Assembly: GCA_046563655.1 (NCBI GenBank) | Contig: CM102285.1 | Coordinates: 1,054,001 to 1,118,000, forward strand | Reading direction: 5' to 3' | Length of the DNA stretch: 64,000 bases | Source: Yuukianura sp. NJ FZ-2021 | Taxonomy: Eukaryota | Shown: piece after piece, positions 26,677 through 38,678 of the stretch | Layout: each line of letters starts with the position of its first letter | Numbering within the stretch: position 1 is the stretch's first letter | The notes under the pieces: model-generated | What the model was told of the DNA's origin: nothing | Seen by the model: the letters and a program-made list of their open reading frames with translations, nothing else | Database searches by the model: none | Translations under genes and position numbers: made by a program

Positions 26677-28340
26677 AAATGCTCTACCGTAAACGACTGT
26701 GAGCAAGTTCTTACGAAAAAAGATAAAAAGAATCCAGCCATATTCGGTACTTGTACCAAAGTAGAGGTTCCTGGGACGTGTATCATTTCTTATCTTCTTG
26801 TAAATTTTCAAAATAAAAATTATTTAAGTTTTTATTCGTTATGGAAAGCTTTTAAATTTTTAAAATATATAGGACCCAAGCGCTGGTTTCAATGAAAAGA
26901 TCAAAGATTCTGTTGGTCCTAATTGTACGAAACTGAATTCTTCACCGAACAAACAATGCGAGAAAGCCATTTCTGAACTTTCAGCGGATTACCCAACATT
27001 TACCCACAAACTGGGTAAACCATTTTCGTGTAACGTTAATTCTACGCGGGGTACCAAACTTACGTATCTCGTGTGCACCTCACAAGGAACTCAAAGCAAA
27101 GAATTAGAAAAGGCGTTGGGAGGGGAGACTAAGGTCAGTTTTTCAAGTTTTTTGTAAATCGTCGTTTTCAGTTAAGAACTTTAAATAAACAGGACACACA
27201 TAAGGAAAGCATAACGCTTACTTTTTTTTAGTGGTAAATTTTGTATATAGGTAAATTCCGGTTGTACTAAAGCGGACGACTGTGAAAAGATCCTGAAGGA
27301 GGAAGATCAAATGAACCGTGCCATAATTAAAGTCTGTTACCAAGTTAATACAGATTGCAAGGACAAATGCGACTATGCCTGTGGTTTTCTGTTTTCAAAG
27401 GTCTGTAGCTCTTTAAAACTTTTTTTTAGCTCTTAAGGACGTGTGCTATGCGTCTAATTAACAGCAGTTGTTAAATTTAGTTACCACGATAACCGAACTT
27501 GTGTTGTTAGTAAAAGTTGCAGACATCGACAAAAAGAAACACTCATCTGAAAAACGATCAGTGCAAAGATGGTCAAAAAAGTATGAACTTTCAAACAAAC
27601 AAAATACTGACTCAAGTTCGGTTGCCGTCGTTTGGGTTTTGTAAATAAGTTTTCTGAAACTGCGACATTGAAAATGAAAAATCGTGGGGATCGGCGTAGA
27701 AAGGCCGCACAATGACCCACAATATATCAAACTTTAGGAAAAGACTTGATCTAGTTTCTCGCTGAAAAAAAATTACAAAATTTTAATTGTAACTGTAAAA
27801 AAAATGGACCCAAACATTCCACCTACATATTTACATAGATGGAACTAAAACTTTGTAATTTTTTTCAGCGAGAAACTAGATCAAGTCTTTTCCTAAAGTT
27901 TGATATATTGGGGGGCATTGTACGACCTTTCTACGATGTCCGAGATCATTTTTCATTTCATGTGTTACAGCGGCATTTTGACCCCCAGTTTCCAGGGTGT
28001 CCGCACACCTTAACTCTTTAAAGCTCTTTTTAACTTTAAAAACAGTAATTGCTTTTATATTCATAACCAAGTTAAAAATACAAAAAAAAAAATATAGGAA
28101 GACGATGTGAATACGGTTGCTCGAAATCCAAATCCTTCGAAATGTAAAACTCCAAACCGTAATAAAATGGAAAAGGTTAAGAATGCTTGTGCAAAAGGCT
28201 TAGACGATGTGAACGCAATTCATCAACATACCAACAATACGTTATTCGGTTCACCAGGGTTCATCTGCGGTCCGAAAAACTATATAACATGTATAGTGCA
28301 AATTACACTTAAAGATGGTAACAAGAAAACGAAAGGATAA
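26677..28340 (+). CDS. Exons of an uncharacterised cysteine-rich repeat protein (intactness uncertain)
   Basis: AG-flanked open segments encode CSTVNDCEQVL..NPAIFGTCTKV and CTKADDCEKIL..NRAIIKVCYQV, plus other Cys-containing segments at ~26872-27014 and 28098-28340. Confidence 0.4.
27437..28009. mobile_element. TTAA-flanked fold-back element (Kolobok/piggyBac-like MITE)
   Basis: TTAA at 27433-27436 and 28010-28013 with GG...CC termini; internal ~110-bp inverted repeat with a ~52-bp perfect core (27720-27771 / 27859-27910). Confidence 0.65.
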
Positions 28341-28708
28341 ACTCAAAAAAAAAAAAACAACGCTTGCGGAATAATTTTGATTTGAAAAAAAAAAAAAACA
28401 ACAACAAATTTTAGAAAATGCTAGCCTTACGATTTCTCCCATTATCCGTGATTTTTTCTTAACTAAAATTGCACGAAACAGCTTAAAAATTAATCATTTT
28501 ATTAACTTTTCAACTAATTATCCTAAATTTATCCGTTTAACTTTAAAAATGCAATCTACAGTTATTTAGTAACAGAAACAGGAACAACATAGTTTCGACA
28601 CCTTATGTTTTTGTTCCAAATTTTTGTCAATTGCCGACATTAAAATTTGACACTTGCTGATTGCTGATGACAATTGCTGACACATTTTTTGTTTTTGTTT
28701 TTAAAAAT

Positions 28709-31235
28709 TTATGTTTTTGGAGTTGGAGAGATTTGGATGAGGGGTTTGGCCATGCCAAGCTTTCCGTCAGCAAACAGAGCAAAAGCCTCGTTGATGGAAT
28801 CTACCGGAAAAGATTTTGATGGAATCGTTCTGAAGGCGCCAGATTCAAATTTCGGAACAAGTTCGCGCCAAATCTCCGTCATTTGACCTTTAGCCTCTGT
28901 GCTAAAGTTCAAGACAGAGTAAGTTACGTCTGGACGCAAAGAGTGGACGTAGTCTTGTGTCCAGTGTCCAGCTGGAGCAATGTCCACGAACATTCCATTC
29001 TCAGCGCACAAATTCAAACTTGGTTTTTTAAGATACTCAACTTCGAAGTTGTTAACGACGACAGTTAGACCTTGGCCCTTGGTGTCCCGCATTATTTCCG
29101 AAGCAAAGTCCATGCAACTAGTGAGGTCATAGATATGTTTGACCCCAGCTGATCTCAGATACTCCGTGCGTTCTTGACTACCCGACAGCGCGAACACTTC
29201 GGCTCCAAAAAGGCGGGAAATTTCAATCAGCGGAATTCCAATCCATCCTCGGCTGAGATTGACTAAGATTCGAGCTGGTTCGGCCCCACCGGAATGTTTG
29301 AGTCCCGCCAAACCCACGAGAGCGTGCCACGCAATGGTGTAAGAAAGTGGAACAGAAGCTGCGGTGGGGAGACTTAAAGTTGGTGGTACTTTGGCCAGCA
29401 TTTGTTGCGATACTTTCAGACGAGACGCCAGTGCTCCGCCGTCCAAGCACATTCCATAGACACGGTCTTCGGGCAACACCGTAGTTACAGCAGAACCAAC
29501 ATTTCGAACGATCCCGCTGAAATCAAATCCGAGTTTCCCGCCGTTTCCGGCATCCAGAATTCCTTTGTCTTTGTAGTTCAGTGAACAGAACGTTATGTCC
29601 ACCTCCACTTCTCCAGAATCTAGAGCTTCCATATCGCTGCAATATTTAAAAAAAACTTGTGAAGTTCAAAGTTAAGTTAATAACTGTAATCGTTAATTGT
29701 AATTGGTTGAATTACTTTTGAATTTCCCGCGATAACTTTCCCGGTGACGAAGCTTGGAAGTAGAAGTTAGCTGGACCGTGGCCAGTGTTAGCCAGAAGCC
29801 AAGCGTTCCAGTTGACCTTTAACCCCTCAACGCTGAGCAATTTCAGACAATTTAGCAGCGATTCTACTTCGTCCACTGATTCCTCCGTGAAGTAAAACAC
29901 TTTCGGTGGATTAGCTTCAAAATTCCTTGCAATAAGGTTCTTCAGTCGCGGTGTTGGCCCAATTTCAATCAAAATCCGGTTTTTCTAGAGAAAAAAAACA
30001 AAGAAAAAAAGTAAAAAACTTATGTCTAAGTTACAGGGTCGGATTTAAGCACAAAAGGTGCTGTAACATGGTAGCTCAATGGCGACAAGCCTATCCCGGA
30101 ATTGTACTGCTATGAGTTCGAGTCCCACTCCAAGCACGTATTATTCCTCACTCTTTCTTGTAATATACAATCGGTGAAAACCTACTGTGCATCGATTTCA
30201 ATTTGAAGCAAATTTGATTTGAAAAATTCAAAAAAGTTGGAATTTTTCAAAGTTCAAAATTTTTAGTTCCAACCTGCGCCACTAGGTGGATGGCCTTCGC
30301 AAAGTGAATCCGATTTCGCGTAAGTGCTGCCCAGTACTTTGGTGTGACCTCCACCATCTTTTCGCCAGTAGAACTCGAAATGTACGTCAGTTTTGGTGTG
30401 AAATGCGGTACTGTTGCAGCTATAGTGTCCAAGTCTTCCAAAATGGGATCCATGTGACTCATATGATAAGCATATGGAACGGAACCTTTTAAGCGTAAGT
30501 ACTGAACTCCGGTAGAAGCACAGTACCGCTCGAAAGCTTCTATCCGTTCAAACGTATCTCCGACACCGACACTCTCCGGGGCATTGATCACTGCAATTTC
30601 AGGCCCGCTTCCAGCTCCATTCAACTTTTCAAAATCAGCGATCAGCTGGGTCACTTTTTCAAAATTTGCCTTCAGCGCGGTGAAACATCCTCTGACGACT
30701 TTGGATTTTAATAACTTGGCTCTCTCCACAACGAGTTTCATTCCTCCTTCAACTGATAGAACTCCAGAAGTCACCGCTGCGGCATACTCACCTTGAAAAA
30801 AAGTGTGCCAAAAGTCGCCAAAATTTCAAAAATATGTTTAATTTACATTTAGTTTTGAAACTTACCGAAAGAGTGTCCGAGGACAACGGAAGGCTGGATG
30901 CCAAATTCTTTCAAAAGCTGAACCATGGCTACTTGGATACCGAAAATTCCTGGACAGCTGATTTCCGGATCTTCGAATACAGCTGACGGGTCCCACATCA
31001 TCGCTTGAAGCGATTTGCCAGTCAACTTGTGATGGATTTCTTCAACAGTATCCAACGCTGCTGCAAATGCTGGAATAGTTTCGTACAACCTCTTGCCCAT
31101 TCCATGATACTGAGATGCTTGCGGACTAAAAAGAAATACCACCTCCAAATCTAAACAAAAAATGAAATAATTTTAAAAATTCAAAAAATTCTAACGAAAA
31201 TTTTCGTAAAATTTTGGTTTTGACTAACCTTCCAT
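28709..31235 (-). CDS. Stand-alone PKS/FAS-type acyltransferase + MDR enoylreductase didomain protein, ~5 exons
   Basis: ME(D)LEVVFLFSPQASQYHGMG, GHSFG|EYAAA, PYAYH, IEIGP (AT domain); then EVEVDITFCSLNYKD, GFDFSGIV, AASVPLSYTIAWHAL, TKGQGLTVVVN (ER domain); no KS/ACP/KR exons on either side. Confidence 0.85.
30070..30129 (+). mobile_element. tRNA-derived SINE-like head, intronic
   Basis: GGTAGCTCAATGG (A box) and GAGTTCGAGTCCCACT (B box); flanks resemble the 5054 copy (GTGC..TAAC before, CACTCTTT after). Confidence 0.5.
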
Positions 31236-31859
31236 GATGTTTGACCTCTCTCCTGCAACGATAACAACAAAAAGCATTGGAAACGAATGAAGCTTTTTGT
31301 TCCCCAAAGTGATTGTCATTTCGTTAATGATTTCCAAATTACTTTCAACTATTAACATTAAAACACAATTAGGACAGGAGAAGCTGAGGTCACATCGCCA
31401 CTGAAATCACAAAAACGTACAGAAGAATTAACCTTGTTCATGACCTTGTCACCTTGAAATTTTAATTACTCCATCACTAATTACAAATTCATTTCCCATT
31501 GTAGTTAACATTTTGTGATTTGTAACTTGGTTAAATTTTTGTGTATTTCTATCTTTAAATTTACATAAATGAAAGTACTGCCCAACATTTTACACATCAA
31601 CTACTATATTTACCTTATATTTAAAAATTTTAGTCCACAAGTCACTTACGACCAAAAACGAAAGTAAGGCGAACGTCAACGGTCCCACAATTGAAGTTAA
31701 TGGGTGGAAAAAAAACTATTTGTGTCAATCTGATGTCAACTTATAAACTTAAAAACAAATAATAGTGAACGTACCTGAAAATACAAAAACGGATAAACTG
31801 AAATTTGAAATTATAGTCAAAGGTTATGATTTTACCAAACTAAAAATGATTTTGAATCC

Positions 31860-34800
31860 TTAGGAATTGAGAGTTGGATTTTGTTCCGGTTGGCCCAGCA
31901 TTGGAGCGACCTTGAGCCCCTCAATGGCTGTTCCAACATCAACCGTTTGCACTTTAGATCGACTCCGCTTCACTTTCTTGCGTCGAGTTCCAAACCTCTT
32001 CGTTGCGTCAGGCTGGAAGTGACGACGCATGTGCTTAGTAGCTCTGCTGAGCAGTGGTGTCGTGTAGATCTTACAAGTTGGGCACTTGAAACATCCAGTC
32101 TCATCTGCATGTTCGCTATTGACATGTTTGATGTAAGTCTTCTGATTATTAAAAACGGTGTAGCAGTAGAGACAGGTCATCGTCCTGCCTTCCTTCGGAG
32201 CTTCCCTGTCCTTGGCCACTTCTCTAGTGACTCTGACGACTCTCGTACGCTTTTCGGGGCTGGCGGGTCTCGGAGTTCGGTGGTGGTGCTCCGTCATGTG
32301 CCGATCCACCTCTTCCTGCGTTCGGAACCACTTGACAGGATCACACGCTCGACATTTATGAAGAGGCATTTGAAGTGGCAAAGTTGGTGGCGAACCGCTG
32401 GGGGAACGCGATTTGTGGACTTCACCGTTGACCCCGCTGACCTCGGTCTCAACTCTGGTCGGCCTTGGTTTATCAACGACTTGTGTCGGGCTAAAAGTTA
32501 AAAAAAAGTTATAAAAGCTTTACTTTTCCAAATAGGACAAATTCAAAATTTTGAAAATTTTAGAACTTCTTACTTAGGTTGTTGCTGTTGTTGTGGAAAA
32601 TGTGTCCGTTGATGAACCATAAGTTTTTCTTTCGTTTCGACCAAAATGAAACAAGCTTTGCATTGAAACCATTTTCTGTTGTTTCTGCTCGAATCAGTGG
32701 AAGCGGAACTTTCAGTTCGTTCGGATCGTGTAGGAGAACTTTCAGTTTTCGCAACTTCTGGTGCAGTGTCTACCTTGTCCACTTCCATTTTACTGTCCTC
32801 TGCTATTTCAACCTTGGATGTTTCTTTTTCTGGTTGGCCAGTCTCTTCCTGCTGCTCGTGCTTCGTTTCAACTTGAGCCGTTGCTGGACCAGCAGTATTT
32901 TGGTTGACCATTTTTGAAAGAGTTGGCATAGTCTGAGAAACTCCAATTTTTGCTTTCTTCATCAATGCTGGATGGGTTTTTCTCTTCATATGTTCATTGA
33001 TCTTCTTCAGAGTAGTTGGATTTAGTTCTGGACAAATTGGACAGGAGTAGAATCCGTCTCGATTCATATGCAGTTGACGCATATGCCGGCTGTAAATCAA
33101 AATAAACAATGATAAATCAATTAATTGATAATCGATTAATGTAAGAAGTTAAGTGAAGTTGGAACTTTACCTGTAGAGTTTCACAGACTGAAAGCTGAGT
33201 CCATCCGGAACGCAGTAGAAACAGGCATATGATTTCTGCATGTAACTAGTTCCAGTGAGGTGGTACCTCCTGCGTCGTGTGACGCCGACCAATCCTGCAC
33301 GCTTCCTTTTAGCAGCCAACCTTGAAGTTCTGGGAAGTGGCGGTGCTGATAGCGAAGCTGATGAAGCTGTTACTGATGTTGAAGCTGATGACGATGAAGC
33401 TGATTGAGCTGGTAGCTCCGCCCTTTCAGGGCGATGAACCATCGGAGGTGGTCGTTGCATCGTCTGTGCCACTCCAGCCACTTTACGAATCTGGTCTAAC
33501 CTGGAAGGTGGCTGGAGCATCTCGTGTCGTCTCTTGACATGCTCATTGAATCTGTTGAGTGTTGGATATGGCAAGTAGCAGTACGGACAGTTGAAGTTTC
33601 CATTGACATCCAGATGCTTCTTCATATGGTTAGAGTAGGAACTCACTTCACTCCAGTTCGTTCTACAGAATCGGCAAAAGTGCTTAGAAGAGCCAGGTGG
33701 GGGTGGTTGTGCTTGGGCCAATTCTGGTGGAACCAGGGCACGACGAAGTGCTGGCGGGGGAGGAGGGGGAAGTTCTGGAGCTGGAGGTGGAGTCGGTGGT
33801 TTTGTAATGCAGTGAACAATAAGGGCATGGTGGACAGTAGTTTCAAGTGAAGTTGCTCTGAAAGTACAGTGTGAGCAATACACTGCGTTGTCTCGGCAAT
33901 GATTCTGGAAGATGTGGTCAAAGTATTTTTCCAAGTTGGTGTGAGGAGTGGGTTCACTTTTTTCAAGACTGCACAGTGGACAATCTATTTCGTCCTTGGG
34001 TAGTGGAGGTGGCTGAAGGACGAGTGGATTCTTTGGACCACGATTCTGGTTCTGGATAGTGGGTACTTGAACAGTATGAGGAGGGGGAGGAGTGAATGGT
34101 GGAACATGGTAATCCATCTCCTCATCTTCATACTCCTCTTCATCCGGAAGATAATCATCAGCTGATCCTTGGTCCTCATGATCATCAACTTGCACAAATT
34201 CCTTTCGGTGGCTATCTGTACCATGTCTGTACTTGAAATGGCGAGCAATGAGTCGGATACTGTCACCAACAAAGTTGCAGTCAAAGCAATTGTAACGTCC
34301 CCGTGCATTTCGATGACGTAGGATCATATGGGATTCGTACTGCTTCCGAGACTCCCATGATTTGGAACAAAAGTAGCATAAAAACTGGCGATCGATTGGC
34401 AGAGTCGGTCGTCGTTGAAACTGACGAAAGTTGGAGACTGGACGAGGACGAGGTTTATTTCTAGGTGGAAATGCCTTGCCATAAACAGGGCCGCTGACGA
34501 ATGTCATTGTTTCTGGATGTGTCTTCTTAACGTGCTTGTTGAACAGCTGAAGTCCTGGTGTGGAGTAGTTACAGTATAAGCATTGATACGTTCCGTCCTC
34601 TTGCAAATGTTGGTCCCTCATGTGCTGCAAATCAAGAAAAAGTCAACAGTGTTTAGTCAACTCAACAATCAGATGCTAATTGGGGGTGTAAAGTAAGGTT
34701 AAAGTAGATTAATTGTAACCACGAAGCTCAGTATTTATCGATAATCAAAAGCTTACTACGGCGTATCTCGTTGATTGAAGCCATTTCGTTTTGGGTTTGC

Positions 34801-36452
34801 ACAAGTGACAAATGTATACGCGACCACGAGGTTGAATAGCAGCGGTATCCTCGTCATGTTCGTCAACGTGCTTCTCAAGGAACTGGACCGATCGTGTCCG
34901 AAATCCACATCCGGATTTTGAGCAATGAAACTGGCTGTCGCCCCGATGTTGAGTAAAGAGATGGTCAATGAACTCTGACCTTTTGCTTAACGTCAGATGC
35001 GGAGTACATAGTTTACATTTACGAGGCAAGTCTTCCACGACTTGAGAAGCATGCTGGTTCACTGTTATTGAAGTTGGGGCTCGGGTCAACCGCGGCATCG
35101 GCGGAAGACTGTCGTTGAGCTGCTCTGAGCTGTCTCCTTGGGTTGACCTCATGTCAAAGGTCACGTCGCTCCCTTCAATACGCGGAGTAAGAATGGTTGG
35201 AGAGAAAATGGTGACCCCGGCCTGTGTTAGCTGGTTTTCTAGACGGACTGGATCGTTATCACTGTCTTCTAGTGAAGCTGAAGAACCCTCGTGTAGTCGA
35301 ATGTGGAACAGAAATAGCATAGCATCCTCGAGGAGGACCGCACAGTACCTACACTGGTACCATAAGCTTCCCTGCACGCCGCCCCTAAAACCATACAAAA
35401 TACTAACGGTTAACTTCCTTAACAAAAAAGTTTACTTAAAACTGCGCCAGAAATGAAAATGTTTAAGAGCGGGGGCGTATCTTTACAATCAAAGTAATTC
35501 ATTTAGAAGTATTTCAAAAATTAGCGGATAATGACCATTGGGCAGCCCTTAGCCCATGACAGTTCCTCCAGATACAAGTCTTCGATTTCGTCAATTCATT
35601 TGACCTTGAGATAATGATAACCAGACACTAGTTGACCCAGATTGACCTCAACTATTGTATTGTTATTATGTTATGTAATGACCATACAGCTTGTGGTAGT
35701 ATTGGGTTAGTCACCCAAATTTACTGAACCGATTAATCGATAACTTATTAAAAAACGATCAGCTGATGAGATGCAGTGGCAAAAATCGTTAACGTAACGA
35801 TTAGTTGATTAAGTTAGATTTCATTCTTTCAAGTTACTTACTCTGGTTGAACCACGGTGTCCACGTTTGAATTTGCGCTCAATGTGACCTCTGGTTGCAG
35901 AATTGGAGGAGGAACGTCGTCAAAACATTGCCCATCATCCTCGTCACCGTCAATAGACGCGTGCACCTCCGCTTCCATGTGAAGCTCCAGATAATTACAA
36001 GCATCCGCATCTTCCAGCTCTGGCTCCACCTTCACCTTGCATTCTAACATCGGCGGTTCTGATTCCTCTGGCTCCACTTCAACGTCATTCTGCTCTGCTG
36101 AAACGTTAAATTTTCGTAAAAATTCGAAAATGTCTGACAATTGTAACAACTGAGATTCGATTTATTGTAGAAGATGCGGTAATGCAAAATAATTGAACCA
36201 TTTCATGATTTTTCATTTTAATTGTGTTAACCTGCCAAACCCAACCCAAGTGACATACCCGTGGCGGTGGAAACATAAAACGGGTTTGACATTTAATACT
36301 AATAATTTAAGCTGTTTTAAGCTAAAACAGCTAACCTGTAAAATCTTAAACATAGCGAGCATAGTTTAGTTTCATAAGCTTAAACTACTTTGAAATTCAT
36401 AATTATAATTCTTACGCTCTGTGTCTATACTCGGCTCGCCTTGAGTAGACAT
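31860..36452 (-). CDS. Large multi-C2H2 zinc-finger protein with proline-rich linkers, multi-exon
   Basis: Many CxxC...HxxxxH units, often paired (e.g. CYFC..HMILRH / CFDC..HFKYRH); acidic N-terminal exon; inferred first exon 36452-36416. Confidence 0.85.
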
Positions 36453-38678
36453 ATGATCAGCCGAAAGTTGACCACTCTATATGGTCTTCTGCTTGTGCTT
36501 TCGCTCTACTGAATGTGAACCTTGGCCGCCAAACCAAGTTAAATTGATTTTCTGTTTCGCAACAATCAATCGTTATATGTATCATAAGCTGTGCAGTTAA
36601 ATACCAAAGTTTAAAATTTATGTTCAACTATGAACGTTGGCCGGAGTTGAAAATGAAAGGAGCCTTGTCTCTTCGTTTCCCTTTATTTTTAGAAGAGTAA
36701 GTGTGAGGGTCTGCTGAGTGCTGAAGACAAACACAATACAATGAAGAGAAGATGATAGCAGGAATTTGGCAATTCCTATGGTCTCACAAGTGGCCACCAG
36801 CAGTGTGAAGCTGAAAAAATACAAAACCGCTAACCCGGTATGCTCAAAACTTATCATCTTTTGATTCCGACTACGAAATTGTAAAAAGAAATTCCAGAAT
36901 TACGAAAACTACATTTTTCATTTACACCATTACTTTTTATTTTCACAGATTTCTGTCTGTTAGTAATATGGACAGCTGCACACCGCATGAAAAATGTCCT
37001 TAACTTTCAAATTTCAAATTTGCGCAGTCTATTATCCAAAGAATTAAAATTCATGGAGGAATGCAGAGCTCAATGACATCATCCGCAGTTCTTAACTCTG
37101 TAGTTAGTGCGACGTTCACTAGTTTTGTCTCGCGCGAAAATTTGAATTGGAGATGCCAACTTTACCAGGTACAGCATGATTACAATAAGTGAGGTTGTTA
37201 ATTGCCATGTTCAAGTCTTTTGGTCACCTCAAAATCTCCCAGTTGAGGAGAGTTGAAAACTTGGTTTGATCCGGATGGAAAGATTTGATTCTTATGTTAA
37301 TTGACCTCCACTTGTTTCTCTTGTTTCCTTTTCACTTTAGTAAAAGTAGAAGACGTAAGTTGTTAAGTGCATAGACTTTTAGCACAAGAGACATCATTAT
37401 TGTATAACTGTCCTTATAGGGAGTTTACCTGTTCCCCAACTAATTAGGAAAACAGTGAACCAGGTAGTGCACAGGAGGTGCGGAAGGCGACGAGGTCAAG
37501 CACTTTTTGCGTCAACTGGAGTCTACATTATTCAGTTAGCTCCTGCATGGATTGTCGATTGTGTAATTACATAGAGTCTGCACGGCTATAAACATTTAGC
37601 ACTCCTTCCTAACACGTCAGACGTTGTCAGACTCTCGACATTCGACAGTGTCTGAATGTCATCACGTACCACTAACTTGTCAAAGTAGCCACTAACGTGT
37701 CAAAGTGTCCACTATCGTAAAAGTTGACTAAAATTTGTTGTTTGTTTGCTTACATCCGGGCTGATTTGGTCAAAACAACCGATTACAGACAAAGACGCAA
37801 AAACGGAGAGATTGAGGCCAAAAACGTTTTGAAAACGACTGGACGACAACATCGACGACATTTATCTGGGACAACCGGAAAAAAATTCAGCATTGTGAGC
37901 AATTGTAAACGAAATTTGAAAATTCCGCAAGCGCAAGTAACTTAACTTGAGTTAATTTGGAACCTTTGACAAATAATGATGTGTACTGGAGTTATGCACA
38001 AGTAAAGTACCGCATGGGAAACCCATCATCACGGGACACTTTAGGTTGGAATCTGAATAGCTTCTAGTATGAAGATAAGGTCAAGTGAGGTCATCGCTTT
38101 GTTACTAAACATAAACTGTGTCCACTTAATCCTCTTCACTGGACATTTAAGAACGTGATAAAACTCAATTTAAATCCACCACGTTCTGGACAGCCTTTTG
38201 TAGCCCAATATTGAGTTATTAAACCGACCTTGTGTGCTGTCCTCATATAGTTGATAGAGAAGTGTGAATTGTTTAGTTGTGGAATTTGGAGACTGTCAAA
38301 TTTGAAGTGATTAGTGATTGAGATTAAATGCTCCACTTCAAAGTCAATTCAAATAAACAGTTTCCAATTTAGTTTGGCAAAGACCTTCACCAATTAGGCT
38401 AATCTCACAATTAGTTCAATTCCAAGTTCATTAGTAACCACAACCACCTACGCAGTACTACTTCAATTTTGAATTTACAGGAGCAGTAAAAGTTAAGGAT
38501 CTGTACGGTACTACATTAACGTTTATGCTAAACGCGCGTTAATTTTTGAATTATTGTTGAATTTAGGTTTAGGGGTCAATGACCTTTGCCAAAGTATAAG
38601 ATTTTAACAATTTACTTTTGTGTAGAACCGGAAAGCGGACGACTTCGCGACTAACACCAACACGTCAGGAAAGACCAA

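Noticed and set aside
31881-32501. 206-aa + strand ORF (and similar ORFs such as 209-772, 25247-25684)
   Set aside because: Shadow frames overlapping well-supported coding exons, with no recognisable motifs.
36624-36857. 77-aa hydrophobic ORF upstream of the zinc-finger gene
   Set aside because: No motif support; more likely 5'-UTR or intron sequence.
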